From: Sphaerodactylus townsendi
Taxonomy: Eukaryota
Direction of reading: 5' to 3'
Length of the DNA: 64,000 nucleotides
Assembly: GCF_021028975.2 (NCBI RefSeq)
Contig: NC_059438.1
Coordinates: 24,986,001 to 25,050,000 of the forward strand
Made by a program: the position numbers and the translations under genes. Of the stretch, positions 1-12,917 are shown in pieces. Position 1 is the first letter of the stretch. The number at the start of each line of letters is the position of its first letter. The notes beneath the pieces were generated by a model. It searched no databases and was not told the origin of the DNA. It saw nothing but the letters and a program-made list of their open reading frames with translations.

Positions 1-157
1 GGCATCCATGCCCCGGGGGCGGGGGGGGGGATTGATGTGCCCCCCACAAGAATGAGGAGGTACGCCTGCACCCTGCGTGGATTTTCCTCCTCCATTTGAG
101 ATATTCATTGTTAACAGCTGCTCAGGAGACAGGTCTGCAGGAGTCCCAGTGACTGAC

Positions 158-250
158 CTGCTGCTGTCTTGTATGGCGAAGCCCCAGTGCTGGCTATACC
201 AGTTTCAGCTGTTAGGAGCAGACTGCTGGGCGGCGCACTCTCTTGTAGGG
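158..250 (-). CDS. CTU2: Tentative CTU2 exon 12 (ALQESAPPSS...PYKTAA)
   Basis: Phase-1 acceptor ttcag|CC at 250 and donor G|GTCAGT at 158 keep the frame open. This region is poorly conserved, so the boundaries are uncertain. Confidence 0.45.
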
Positions 251-409
251 CTGAACTGTGGGGGTGAACTCCAGAGGAGAGGGGCAGGAGGGAACTTCTG
301 GTTCCTCCAGTGCTGATCCCCTTTGCAGTTGGGGGGGCCTTCCCTTCTCCATAGCATAAGGCATGTACTGGCCATTTTCCTCCCACCCACATATGCCACC
401 CCTACATAC

Positions 410-3400
410 CCACATTGGTATCGAGGGTGCAAAGGCATAAGAGGCAGCGCTCGGGTTCGGCATCTCCGCCAGCAGCAGCATCTTGAGGGGCCGTCCCGAG
501 TTTCTCCCCCGTCCTGCAGAACAGGCCAGAGAGTGTATATCAGTCAGTGTCCTGCAAATCACGGAGAATTCTGAGCCCCACCCCCAGATTCTGCTGGCCA
601 CACCCCCTAGCCGTGCTGGCACCTGCTGCATTAAGGGGCGCAAGCAAGGAACAGCACTGCTTTTGCACGCAGAATGACCCAGGATTCATCCTGGCCTCTC
701 CCTGAAGAAGTGGCTCAAAAGTAGCAGAAGCAATGGAAGACCCTTTTCTGCCTGAGATGTAGGAGAGCCCAAGACCAACCAGAACACCTGGGGCTGGGTT
801 CAATGGACCAGTCCGCATGCAACCAGGGATACCTGAGCGCTACCTACAATATCCTAAGAGTAGCCATGGATCAGATCAATGGGCCCACCTAGCCCAGCAC
901 CCTCTTCCTAAGAGGGGTCAGTCAAATGCTGAGGAATGTTTGTTGGCAAAGTCCCTCCCCTGGCACGAGAGACTAAGAGTCCAGTAGCTAAAAACCTCTC
1001 ATTTTTAACAGAAGAAGAACTCGGATTTATATCCCACTTTTCTCTCCTGAAAGGAATTTCAAAGCAGCTGACAAACTCTTTCCCTTCCTCTCCCTGCAAC
1101 AGGCGCCCTGCAAGATAGGTGAGGCGGAGGGAGTTCTGAGAGAACTGTGACTGGTCCAAGCAGCAAGCTTCAAGTGGAGGGGTGGGGAAAGACATCCAGT
1201 TCACCAGATCAAGAGTCCATTGCTTATGTGAAGGAGCGGGGAATCAAACTTGGTTCTCCAGATTAGAGTCCACCTGCTCTTAAACACCACACTATACCGG
1301 CTCTCCGGCAGAGTCTCTACCCAAAAACTGGCAAAGGTGGTTTGAAATCCTGCCAGTGGTGCCTGGTAATCTCAAGCAGGAAATAAGATGCACAGAAGGG
1401 AGCCAACAGCCTGCTCTCCCTAACAATCTCATTGGGGTTTGGTGTCCACAGCCCTGCTTGCAAGGTAGGCAAGTACAAACAGCTGCGTAGAACAAAGGTT
1501 AGCATGGGGGGAGGGGAAGATGGCACAAGAATACTTCTTGTTAGTTACATGAGGCAATACTCACCGGTAGACAGTGCTGATGGTGGAAGGGAACTCAGAC
1601 TGCAGCTTATAGAGGAAGCTCTCAATCAAGCGGTGGATGCTGGCTCGGTCAGGGGCCTGGGGAGAGAAGGGAACGAGGCTGCCCCATCGCTGCGGAAGGG
1701 GAGGGCGCCCCAGAAGCCCAGCACCACCCTATTTCCGTACTGCATCCTGCACTTTCAAACTGAGGCAGCTGATGCCTGGACCCAGAAATCCTATCACAAG
1801 AAAATATCCCGAAAACATTACAAAACATAACACCACAATAAATAAACGGGACTAGCTGGTTAGACTGCTGGGTTTTTCTAAAGTCAAACTCTCAGCACAA
1901 AACTGGTGGAAAAGCAGAGCCAGTGAGACCACCCAGCTGCTGAGGAGCGTCTGCAGAAAACAAGCTTTCTTCCTGGCATTGTCATGGGCACAGGTTGCCC
2001 AGCGGGCACCTGGATCAGCGGGCGAGCTTCAGCCTCCACTCAAGAGCTGCCTCCTTACTTTGGTATCCAGCGAAGGCGTGAAGACAGCAGGCACCCTGAA
2101 GAGGCGGTTATAGAAGGCGATCTCTTTGGCAGAGTACTCCCGCATGGGGCGCAACACTAGCACATCACCATGGCGGCCGTCTGAAAAGCCCTGGGGAAGG
2201 AGTGCGAGGAAGAGGGGGTGAGGATTGGAGCAGGGGCCGAAGGAGGGCCAAAGGCAGCCGAGCAGGCTGGACTTGCTGGGCAGGGAGGGACTGAGGAGCA
2301 AACGACAGGGAAGGCCAAGGCCTGGGGACCTCGCTCTCACCGTGTCTCCTGCAAGGAACGCCCCCCGGCCCAGGCTGAGGTTTGTCAGCAGCTTGACAGC
2401 CACGCGGCTACAGCTGTCCCCCACCATCACTTTGGTGTAGCCGTTTGTCCGAGCCACGTGTAGAATCAAGTGGTTCCTGAAGAGGAGAAGGACCGTTTCT
2501 AACTCCTGCAGCAGTCAAGTGACACTAACACCCCAAACCACACAGGAATCTGGGAGGCCAGGTGTACGTGTCTGCATTGCGGTGGCCACCAAGAGCCCAG
2601 GTCCGAGCACTGGCCTCCACACACCCCTGCCCAACCCCCGCCCCCGGCCTTTAATTTTTGAAGTGCCCCATCAGTAGCATCAGTGGATATAATATTACAT
2701 TACTACATCAAAGTAACAATCTCCATTTTATCTTATTCATATATATATAAACCTTTATTAGGCATAGAATCCAAATAACAGCCAACATTGTCCAAACAAG
2801 TATCCCATACATGAGGACCATCACAGGTAATCATTTCAAAGTTTCCATAAGGAACCTAGCTACAAAAGTTAAAATCTCGGAGGCAGAATTGTTTAATAGG
2901 AACGTAATCTTCCCCACAGTAGAGTATTCGTTAAAGATTACAGGACAAAGAGCAAAAAGTCTGGTCCTAGATCCCTCGTATTTGGGGCAGTCGAGCAATA
3001 TATGTTCCATGGTTTGAATCGCTGTGGTACAGTGAGGACATTTCCGCTCTTGCAGGTCGATTTTTCGGAACCTTCCTTGTAGCATAGAGCAAGGGAAGGA
3101 GTTACAACGATCCCTAGTGATTATCCATCTATGCTTGGGCTCCTGAAGTAAACTCAAATAATCTGCCATATGATTGATTTTAAATTTGATATTAAAAAAG
3201 AGGGGGGAGCAATTGCTTCTCGCCTTGTCCTGCAGAACTCTTATTCATGTATACCCTCCCTTTCTTGTCACTGAAAGCAACTTACATTATTTGCCTTCCC
3301 TCCATTTCTATCCTCAGCACACCCCTGCGGGGAGGTGAGGCTGAAAGCATGTGACCGGCCCAAAGACATCCAGCGAGCTCCCACGGCATAAGTGGGATTT

Positions 3401-5276
3401 GAACCTGGATCTCCCAGACCCTAATCTCACAATCTTCACCACTATTGAGTGCGTTAAATGTATAACAAGAACCTGCCAGCCCCAATCAAAGAACATCACT
3501 ACTGCCCCTCCTTGGGTCCAATGCCTGTGGGGAGCGCCAGAGCTTGGGCTAAAAGGGCGGGCCTCTCTTGCCTGTTCAGGAACTCACCGGAGCGTCTGCA
3601 GGAGCTCTTCCTTGGCAGTCAGTGTCTTCACTGCTCCAAAGAGGCGAGTCAGTTCTGTCGTGTGCAAGACAGGCAGCGGCCCTGGGACCTCAGTTGCCTC
3701 CTTCCTGGAAGGCTCTCGTATGCCAAGCTCAGCCAGCTGGCCTGGCAGAGAGACTCCTGCCTTCGCACTCTGCTGCTGCTGTTGCCGTAGGAAACCATCC
3801 ACGGCTTCCTTGTAGTTCTGGCTGCGGTCTGTGGCCTCGTGGGAAACGGAGTGCAAGATGGAACTGGGAAGGTCAAACACCTGCCAAATGACACAGGGAG
3901 CCCCTGTTCAGTCACCACAAAACCACCAGCAGCCTCCCAAGAACAAGGAGGAGTGGAGCAGATGGACGTGCTTGTGGTCACAAGAGGATGCTACAGGCTT
4001 TTTATGCAAGAAAGTTAAAGACTTTGTGAAGTCTCATTAGGTGAGGGTAGGAGGGGAGACAGAACAAAAGGGTTCCCTTTGTTAGTGCCAGAGTTCTAGT
4101 GTAACAGCACTAGATAAATGCGTCAATAAGGTTGTTCTATTACTGATAAGCTAAACTGAGCTCAGTTGAGTTTGTAAGTCCCCAGTAGGCTGAAGGGGGA
4201 AGGCATAAAAGGAAAGGGGCTGAACCCAACAGCACTACTTCTGCATGGGGGTCTTCCTTACCTCCTCCAAGTGCACCAGATGGAAGGGAAACCCCGTGGC
4301 TCTCAGGATCAACTCCACCTGTCTGTGGACCTCTCCTCTCTTCTCTAGATCCTGGCCGCACACAGCTCCTTCTACACAGCAAGAAAAATGGGCCAGGAAG
4401 ATCAAAAGGCAACCAGAAGACAACTAGGCTAGCCCCAGGACAGTCACAATCCTGACGTTAAAATCTAGCTGCCAATGTGGGAAACGGGCAAAACGTGTGT
4501 GAGCGGGTGTGTGTATAAATACACGCACCTTTTAAGCCAGCCCATTCCAGTCCAAACATGCTGCCCTAGCACTATGGACCTTGGTTCTCCCGGCACAAAA
4601 GGAAAGATGCAGAAGAAGTGTTACCATCAACAAAAATGATGCCTGGCTTGAAGCGGAGTTTCTTGGCTGCTTCCTGACTCAGGCCCTGGGAAGGAAGAGG
4701 CGAGGTTGGTTCAGTAAATGTGAAATACAGGGTGGCTAAGAATCTAACGATGCATACTGTCTACAGGTGGCTTAAATATTTTTCTCTGTGGAAGCAGGCC
4801 ATCTGGCCCCTAGGAGCCAGAAGAGATGAACAGAGACCAGGACACCTATAGGGTCCCTCCATCCATTGGAAAGCCCCTTGGCTCCTGGCTGTGCTTTCCT
4901 GAACTTCAACACTGTATGTGTAACCCACTCTTTTAAACACCGGCAGGACATTCAGATCTAGCCTATCCTCCCCAACTACCAACAGGGCAAGGATCCCCCC
5001 TCCCCCAGTTTAAATTAATTTGTAACCCTTTCCCTAAATCCCCATTTTTCAAAGGTTGTCAACTTGAACCCATTTGTAGAAATGGTCTGCCTTCCACCTC
5101 TTCTGCAGATCAGGGTAGCAATCTAATCTTGGATTACAAAAAAACCACTCTGACCATTTGTTTCTGAAAGCTGCCTAAAACCCAACCCATTAGGGAGGGA
5201 AGCAGGTGGCAATATGCACTTCTGTGGCTGGAAACCCACCCCCTCAAGACAGTTGATACAACCCCCATCTCCCCAA

Positions 5277-5313
<37 letters not shown>

Positions 5314-6335
5314 AATCACTATGCCAATCCCCAGTCTAGCTGGCTCCTCCAAGTGACAAAACTGCAGATCTGGCTAGAGCCTAGGGAAATACCTCCTGGA
5401 CTTGTCGCACCATTGAACTGGAGGCAGGTCCACCCGAAAATGCAAGCAGGACCTGCAGCAAAGAATTAATGTGCTGAAAGGTTATGACAAACTGTTTTTG
5501 TTGCTTCTAGTCATTTTCCCCATTGCCAAGAAATATTCAGACTGGACCTTTTCTCCGGGGAAAATGCAGCGATTCTTCCCAAGGATGGCACGGAACTTGT
5601 GGACAAAGTAATCCTTGAAACAGGCCCTGCAATCAGAATGTGCTCCTGTAAACATTTTAGTCTGAAAAAAAAAGTGCCCCAGAAAAACCACACTGCACAG
5701 AACTCTGTGATCTGAGGTAGAGTGTGGGAAAAAAAAGCAAACCACCCCCAGGTTTCTTGGCAGAGTCTACAGCCATCTGCTCTCCCTTGTGCTCACTTGC
5801 AAAAGGCATCTCCAACACGGATGATCAATACTGGAGGCCCCTCTTTGCACTTCATGCACTTCAGGGGGTGGCTGTGGAAAGTGGAAGAAAAGACCAGAAC
5901 TCAAGAAGGTGCTTTAATAAGAGTCTTTTGCAGGAAAGGAGAGAGGCACCGGCGGCACCGTGAAGTGGTCGAAGGGTTTGGGGAATCCAGGTTCGCGTCC
6001 CTGCTCTGCCATGGAAACTCCCTGGGCGATCTTGAGCCAGTCACACCCTCTCAGCCTAACCTACCTCGCAGGGTTGCTGTAAGGATAAAACGGAGCAGAG
6101 GAGAACCATAGAAGCCACTCTGGGGACAAAAGACGCCAAATAAATACTGCCCACAGGCAGGGAGTTCTGCAGATTGCAATTTATGGCGTTTGGAGGCGGG
6201 GCTTTTGTGTTCTCATAACCCCGCCCCTCTGTCTGGCCCCACCCACCTTTCCCGACCTCCGCCCCTTCCTCACCTGTCTCGCGGCGCCTTCGCGGGCCGC
6301 CCTCCGCAGCAGCCGCCCTCCGCCGCTTCGCACAT
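410..6335 (-). CDS. CTU2: Cytoplasmic tRNA 2-thiolation protein 2, exons 1-11 (gene continues past window start)
   Basis: Exons (minus): 6335-6274, 5871-5797, 5626-5548, 5452-5393, 4685-4625, 4371-4262, 3880-3588, 2476-2341, 2190-2059, 1656-1565, 513-410; all GT-AG, phases consistent. Peptides: KCMKCK...GDAFC, FVHKFRAILGKNR, VLLAFSGGPASSSM, GDSCSRVAVKLLTNLSLGRGAFL, RPMREYSAKEIAFY, LQSEFPSTISTVYRTGEKL, CLLCLC. Head-to-head with RNF166 as in human. Confidence 0.95.
1011..1305 (-). mobile_element. Squam3-like SINE
   Basis: Reverse complement of the same family, more diverged. Confidence 0.75.
2738..3237 (-). mobile_element. RTE-X-like LINE 3' end
   Basis: ORF 2831-3169 with GRF...ERKCPHC...EHILLDCPKY...R C-terminal zinc knuckle and VARFL end; AATAAA and (TA)n tail. 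Confidence 0.7.
5279..5310. repeat. (CT)n microsatellite
   Basis: Read directly from the sequence. Confidence 0.95.
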
Positions 6336-6490
6336 CTCGCCCGGACCCCGGGGAGACTCGGGTCACTTACTTCCGGCGCGCCCTCATGACGTCAGCAGGC
6401 CTTTATACCTCCTGGCGGTCGCGGACAGTGACGCGTCGCGCGTCCCCTCCCTCCGCTTCCGCCCGGGCCGCCGCCGCCGCCGCCGTCTCC
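6336..6490. promoter_or_regulatory. Compact bidirectional CpG-island promoter, CTU2/RNF166
   Basis: 155 bp between divergent ATGs (6335, 6491). ETS site ACTTCCGG 6369-6376, full CRE TGACGTCA 6387-6394, TATAAA on minus strand 6402-6407; CpG-rich about 6180-6760. Confidence 0.8.
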
Positions 6491-9400
6491 ATGGCCGCCG
6501 CGATGTTCCGCAGCCTGCTGGTCTCGGCGGGCGGCGGCGGGGGGTCCCGCGAGGCCGCCGCCCCCCCGGCTGAGGCCGCCGCCGCGCTCGAGGCCCAGTT
6601 CAGCTGCCCCATCTGCCTGGAGGTCTACCAGCGCCCCGTCCGCATCGCCCCCTGCAGGCACACGTGAGGGGCGCGGGACCCCCGGGGGGGGCGGGAGAGG
6701 CAGGGCGTGACGGGAGGGCGGTGCGGGGGCGTCCCTCCCCCCTCCCGGAGCTCAAAGCAGAAGGCGCGGTGTTATCCCTACAACAGCCCCGCGAGGTAGG
6801 CTAGGCAAGGCAGCACATCGTGGGAGAAGTTGGGGGAGGACGTGCCAGATGCCAGGGAAGGGGGGTGGGGGGACGGCAGGCAGGCAGGCCCAGTGCATGG
6901 GGGAGGCAGAGGGTGTCTCCAAGGACTCAAAGGGAAGATTGCAGTTGGGGGAAGCAAGTGGAGGGGGGCTGGGAGGGGGGGCAAGATAAGGAGCCCCCCA
7001 CCCCGAGGCTGCTCCGTTCTCTTCTCCTACTTGAAAGGAGGACTCCGGCATTGCTGCCTGCAAGTTTGCCTAGCAATAACAACCCCAACATGCCTGCCAG
7101 GGTTTTCTGCATGGGCAGCAGCGCCTTTTAACCCAGGCCCTGACTGGGGGGCTTGAGTGGGGAGGGAGGCCCTCTGCTCCCTCCCCTTTGCTGCACGCAA
7201 ATCACAAGCTTCTGTTCCAGATGACCACTATGCCTAAAACAGGTTGTGTGGCTGTTGCTGCTCCTCCTTTTCTCAGGCGCTGCTGCCCTGCCTGCGCTGC
7301 TGCGCCGAGGTTGACTGTGTGATGCCCTCAGAATTTGCACACAGGAAGGGCTGGAAACCATGGCTGCTGCTGCGAGATCTCAGCCGGTGGACTGGAAGGC
7401 TTGTTTTGTGGCCCCACGGCTCTAAGAACTTTCCCTAGCAGCTCAAACTATTGGGCAGAGTAGACCTCCCTTTGAGAAACAGTCAAGGCCCGTTCAGTGT
7501 GTCTTGATGCTGCGAATGAGGCATGTCCTCTTAGGAGCCAGAAGGGGCTTGTCTTTCACCCAGCTAGTGGTAGCATGTTACCACAAGGAGGTGATGCTGG
7601 CCACCTTCCATCCCCCGTGGTGGTTGGGAGCAAATCTGCCCCCTCTGTGTCTCGATCCCTCCTTCTTGTGTTGCTCTGACCAGCGATTTGGGCTTCTTGT
7701 CCCAAGAACCAGTCCTGGAGATGGGCTTCAGACCAGTTTGTATTTACCAGCACAAAGGCAAGGGGGGGGGGGGGTTCCTGTGGAGCCACAGAGACAAGTG
7801 ACTTTATTGCCTGCTGCACGTTGCTAGTTGCATTCCTGTGCTTCATCTTCTTGAGTAGTAGCTGATCGGCATGATGATCAAGAGCTTCTTGAACGCCAGA
7901 CTGAAAGAGGAAAGACGTTTGTGTGAAGATGCTGTAGCTTCTCTGACCTGTTGAGCCTGATGTGTGGCCAGCTGCATTTTCCCTCCTTGGCTGAACTTGC
8001 TATTTATAGATACTTTCTAGAAGTGGTTGCTGAAAATAGCTTTTTTGGGACACGGAGCAATTTGGGGCAGAGGGGATACAAGCACAAGAGGCCGTCCTTG
8101 GAGAACTGTGATTGAGGTCGAAGGGAACGAATGACCTTTAGTGTCTTATTGGCCCCAAGAGATAGTAACTTGGAGAGCTATTTGAGGACAGGCAACCTTG
8201 TGGCTGAGTCCCCTCCTGAAGGAGCACAGCTAGATGTTTTGCAGCACAGACAACAGTGGGGCGGTGAAGGGTGCCAGGAATCACTTGCCTGCAACTGAGC
8301 TGGGAAAATGGCATGGTGCTACAATTTAGGAGAAGGGCCAGGTCTCCTAGGCTCAGTTCTTCCACCTTGATCCCAGAGTAAGCCATTCACTTCACAGTCA
8401 TAAGCAGATGGCGCACCAGAGATAAGAAACCGCCCTCTCTTGGCATCGCTCTTCGTTGCCAGTTTCCAACGGTTTGCCTTGTATCATCCCTGCCTTGCCT
8501 CTCTAATGGGGACTGGAAACGTTGTGGATAGGGGTTGTGTAGTTCCTGTGTTCAGTAGAACACCTTGTGTTACAGTGGCACAATAAATTTCCACTTGTCG
8601 AAGCAGGGTTACAGCTAAGTTGTGGGAAAGGCCCTCTCCCAGCCGTTGTTTCCTTGTCTTTCCTTCCTGTGAAGTCTTCTGGAGCAGAGAGTTCGTTTGC
8701 TGGCTGAGACATAGAAATGCAACAGGCTTTCTCTGACACAGAAAATGTCAAACATCTGGGAATGACCAGGCCGCTTTCTTGCAAATGTCCCAGCGTGATG
8801 CCAAAAATAGAACACCCCTTTGTGGTTCATAATCAAGGGCAGATGGAGTTGTGTACTTGTGGTCTCCTCCATATTTTTGGTCCTCCTGATCCTTTCAGGC
8901 TTCCCAGCACCCTGCCCTGAAGAGGAATTCAGCCAGCCTCCATGTTGACCTTGGTGGCAAAGATGAGTGTTTCTTAGTAGGTGGATAACAGCGGATCTTG
9001 GTTTTCTTTCCAGATTCTGCGGAGAGTGCCTGCAGCCTTGCCTCCAAGTACCGTCTCCTTTGTGCCCACTCTGCCGCATGTCCTTCGACCCCAAGAAAGT
9101 GGAGAAGGCTTCCAGCGTGGACAAGCAGTTGTCGTCCTTCAAGGCCCCCTGCCGGGGCTGCACCAAGAAGGTACTCCAAAGAGCGCTTTGCCAACAAAGC
9201 AGGGACGGATCTATGCACAGATGCCTGCCTACGATGTAGACGATGAGGAAGCGGTTGTGGTGCCTTAGTAGGTTCAGGGATCTGCTTGATGTCAGACCAG
9301 CCTGTGGTAGAATCAGCACATTTTCATTATATGGAAGAGTACTTAGAAATTCTGTTGTGTTCTTGGCTGGGGCTTTCTGACACAAAAGTGAGCATGTTGG

Positions 9401-12400
9401 ACTTACAGGAAACAGGAAGAGGGCAACACTGAGGCTTGGTTGCAGGTCTGACAGAATTACTTTTAATGGATTTTGGGTAGCAGATGTTAAAAGAGTCTTC
9501 CTGAATCCCTGGAGAGCTGTAACTAGTCAGTGTACAGTACTGACTCAAATGAAGCAGTGGTGCAACTTGGTATAAAGAAATTTATACCACCTCGATCTGA
9601 GATTGCAAATGCCTTAGCAGACCAGGTGCTCAGGAGCAGCAGCAGCAGAAGGCCATTGCTTTCACATCCTGCATGTGAGCTCCCAAAGGCACCTGGTGGG
9701 CCACGGCGAGTAGCAGAGCTAGATGGACTCTGGTCTAATCCAGCAGGCTCTTTCTTATGTTCTTAATTTGATAAGATCATATGAATAAAAAAATCAATTT
9801 TGCCTGCCCAAATAATCCTCTCTCAACGGCAAGTGCTCCCCCCCCCCCCCATCTGCTGCAGTTTGTAGCTTGGCTTGCTTATGCAAGACATCTCTTCGTT
9901 AAGCACTTTTTTGCAACTCACCTGCCTGGTGTTTCTGCTCTCTAATGGTGGGGGTTATGTATGTTAACTGTCAGGTGGTTAACCGTTAGCAGGGATTTTG
10001 AGTTGTTTAAGGAAAGGAAAGGCCAGGCCCAGGAGACAAAAAGCAGCTGCTGGACCATTTTCGTTCTGGTTACAAGTCTGGTTCTGTGTCCAAGAGACTT
10101 GAAACTATTTTGTGAAGTACCAGAGTCACTGCAGAGACTGTCCAATTATCTCCCTTTTACTTATGCATTTGCGTGTTGCTAATTTTTCCCAAAATTCGAC
10201 AATGGGGCAGACGTTTAAAAAACTTCAAGATAACGTTCCTGTTCTCAGTCCTCCTCCTCTTTGTCTTCCAGGTGACGCTAGCAAAAATGAGGTCGCACAT
10301 CACGTCTTGTTCTAAGGTTCTGGAGCAGATGGCCAACTGCCCAAAGTTTGTTCCCGTCGTCCCCACTTCCCAGCCCATCCCCAGGTATTAATTTCTCCCC
10401 CATTTGGAGCAGCAGTTCTGACAGCTTCCACTCCCAAAGGTGGGGCAGGGCGGCTTCTTTCAAAAGGAAGTGTTTCCCAGCCACCCTACAGTGCTCCTTT
10501 TCTGGTTGATCCTTCTGCGCCCCACCCACCCACCCCCCTCGCGCGCAGGCACTTTCTCTCTCTCTCTTCCTCCCCCTTTGCAGCAATATCCCAAACCGAT
10601 CCACGTTTGTGTGCCCTTATTGTGGAGCACGAAATCTGGACCAGCAGGAACTGGTGAAGCACTGTATGGAAAACCACCGCAATGATCCGAACAAAGTGGT
10701 GAGTCACGCCCTTGTCTCAGTGGCGCTGCCACAAAATGAACACCTGAGGGAGCTGGAGAGGGAATTGGGGGGAAGCGCATTCTGTGCCCCCCCCCTTGCC
10801 CTCCAAACGCTTTTGCTGTAGTGCAGTGGTGGCGAACCTTTGGCACTCCAGATGTTATGGACTACAATTCCAATTGGCCATGCTCGCAGCGGCTGATGGG
10901 AATTGTAGTCCATAACATCTGGAGTGCCAAAGGTTCGCCACCATGGCTGTAGTAGTTGCTACTGTATATTCACCCTGTTGGGTAGGACTGCTTTGACCCC
11001 GCTTCTGTTTTCCCTCCCTGGGCGCTGCAGGTTTGTCCTGTCTGCTCAGCCATGCCTTGGGGTGACCCCAGCTACAAGAGTGCCAACTTCCTTCAGCATC
11101 TTCTCCACCGGCACAAGTTTTCCTACGACACGTTTGTGGTGAGCTCTGCTGGGGTGGGAAGTGTGGTTGTTGAAGGCCCTGGCGGATGCACAGTTATTGG
11201 CTGCGGGGTGGGGGTGGGGAATAATTGGAACAAGGGCTCCATCTCTGCTCTTGCTCGTGGACTAAACTTTCAGCTGCTCGGGGAGCGTGGCTGGCCCTGA
11301 AATTCAAGCGGCTTCTGCTTCCCGGCTCTATCGGGCATTTTGTCTCCCCGTTCGTAAAAGGCTCCTTCCCTGGAGGTGAGCCGGAATAATGCTTTCAGAC
11401 AGATCTGCGTGTGTTTGCGCATGAATGAGTGAGCGGTTTGGCTTGCCTTTTGTCCCCCCAGGCTGTTGTGCACAATTTGAGAGGCTGAGTGCAGAGTGGT
11501 TCATAAGTCAGGCAGAGCAACTTCGACTTAGGAGGGCTGTCGGTGGCTTAAGGGCCACATCTGGCCCAGGGGCTGCTGAAGAGCTTCCTAGGAGCAGGGA
11601 AGGTGCCCTGGCACTGGGGAATGGGCAGAGCCACGGCGCGGTTTAGAGTCCTCTACAGCAGCTTGAGACCAAGAGATGGGCCTCGGGCCAAAAACGCTTG
11701 CCCTCAGCCGGGCCGTGGGCAGGGCTGTGTTCACACAGCTACAATCAAGCCTGTGCTGCTGTCAGCCAGGCATGAGAGGGCAAAGAATCCTCCTAGCACT
11801 GTGGTGGCGAACCTTTGGCACTCCAGATGTTATGGACTACAATTCCCATCAGCCCCTGCCAGCATGGCCGGTTCTGCTCGGTCTCAAAAAGCCATCATTT
11901 CACACAGGGGCTAAATTGCAACCGAGCTTGTACTGGGGCAGGATCTGTGGCTCAGTGCGGAACGTGGCATCCTGGTCCATGAAGCTGCCTGGCACGAAAT
12001 CAGACTCCTGGTCCAGAAAGGTCTGCGTTGTCAACTCAGACTGCCAGCTGCTCTCCGGGGTCTCGGGCAAAAAGGGGTCTTTCACATCACCTGCTGCCTG
12101 CTCCTTTTTAACTGGATCAAACCTGGGGCCTTCTGCACGGCAACGGGATGCTCTGTCACTGAGCCATGGAGCGTTCTACCACGTCCTACATGTGTGCATG
12201 CTTGTCCCGTGCCTTTTCCCCCATTCCCCAGGGAGGGTTCAAGTCAGTTTATGATATTGGAAGAAGATGAAGAGTTTGGATTTGCTCCCTCCCATTTGTA
12301 CCCTGTAAGGAGACTCAACGGGGCTGACAGTCTCCTTTCCCTGTGAGGTGGGTGGGGCTGAGAGAGCCCCAAAGAACTGTGACTGGCCCAAGGTCACCCA

Positions 12401-12917
12401 GCTGGCGTGTGTTGGAGTGCACAAGCTAATCTGGTTCACCAGATAAATCCTCCACAGCTCAAGTGGCAGAGCGGGGAATCAAACCCATGTTCTCCAGATT
12501 AGAGTGCACCCGCTCTTAACTACTACGCCACTGCTGCTCATTGGCACATCATGCTTTTTAAATTATAAAAATACTCTAATGAAAAACCTGCCAGATACTC
12601 AGCAATCAAAAGAGGGATAAGCAATGTTGGGGTAACCCCTGCTGCCACTCGTGTCGTTTGGGTGCAAAAGAGCGCCTTGCATGACTCACCTGGAAAGTCC
12701 TTGCGGCTAATTCCAAGGCTGGGTGTTGAGCCACAGGCGAGGTTTCCCAGTGGACTGGAGGGGTTGTGCCAGCCTTGCGTAATATTGGGAGGGGCAGGTC
12801 ACGCCCTCCCGCTGTGGTTCCTCCAGGCGGCCTCTTTCTTCTCGTTTCCAGGATTATAGCATTGACGAAGACGCGGCTCTGCAGGCGGCTCTGGCCCTGT
12901 CCCTCTCCGAGAACTGA
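6491..12917 (+). CDS. RNF166: E3 ubiquitin ligase RNF166, 243 aa, 6 exons
   Basis: Exons 6491-6663, 9014-9170, 10272-10384, 10584-10698, 11031-11138, 12852-12917 (732 nt). [16 protein letters not shown]...CRHTFCGECL...CPLC, zinc fingers [18 protein letters not shown] and [15 protein letters not shown]-terminal [26 protein letters not shown] at 13245 and 14165. Confidence 0.97.
10824..10946. mobile_element. Palindromic hAT MITE
   Basis: Long TIRs CAGTGGTGGCGAACCTTTGGCACTCCAGATGTTATGGACTACAATTCC; 8-bp TSD CTGTAGT(G/A). Partial copies at about 11800-11868 and 29161-29266. Confidence 0.75.
12260..12539 (-). mobile_element. Squam3-like SINE (fragment also at about 14505-14580)
   Basis: Same family consensus. 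Confidence 0.8.

Noticed and set aside
8615-9385. 256-aa minus-strand ORF
   Set aside because: Antisense to RNF166 exon 2 and introns; no recognisable domain.
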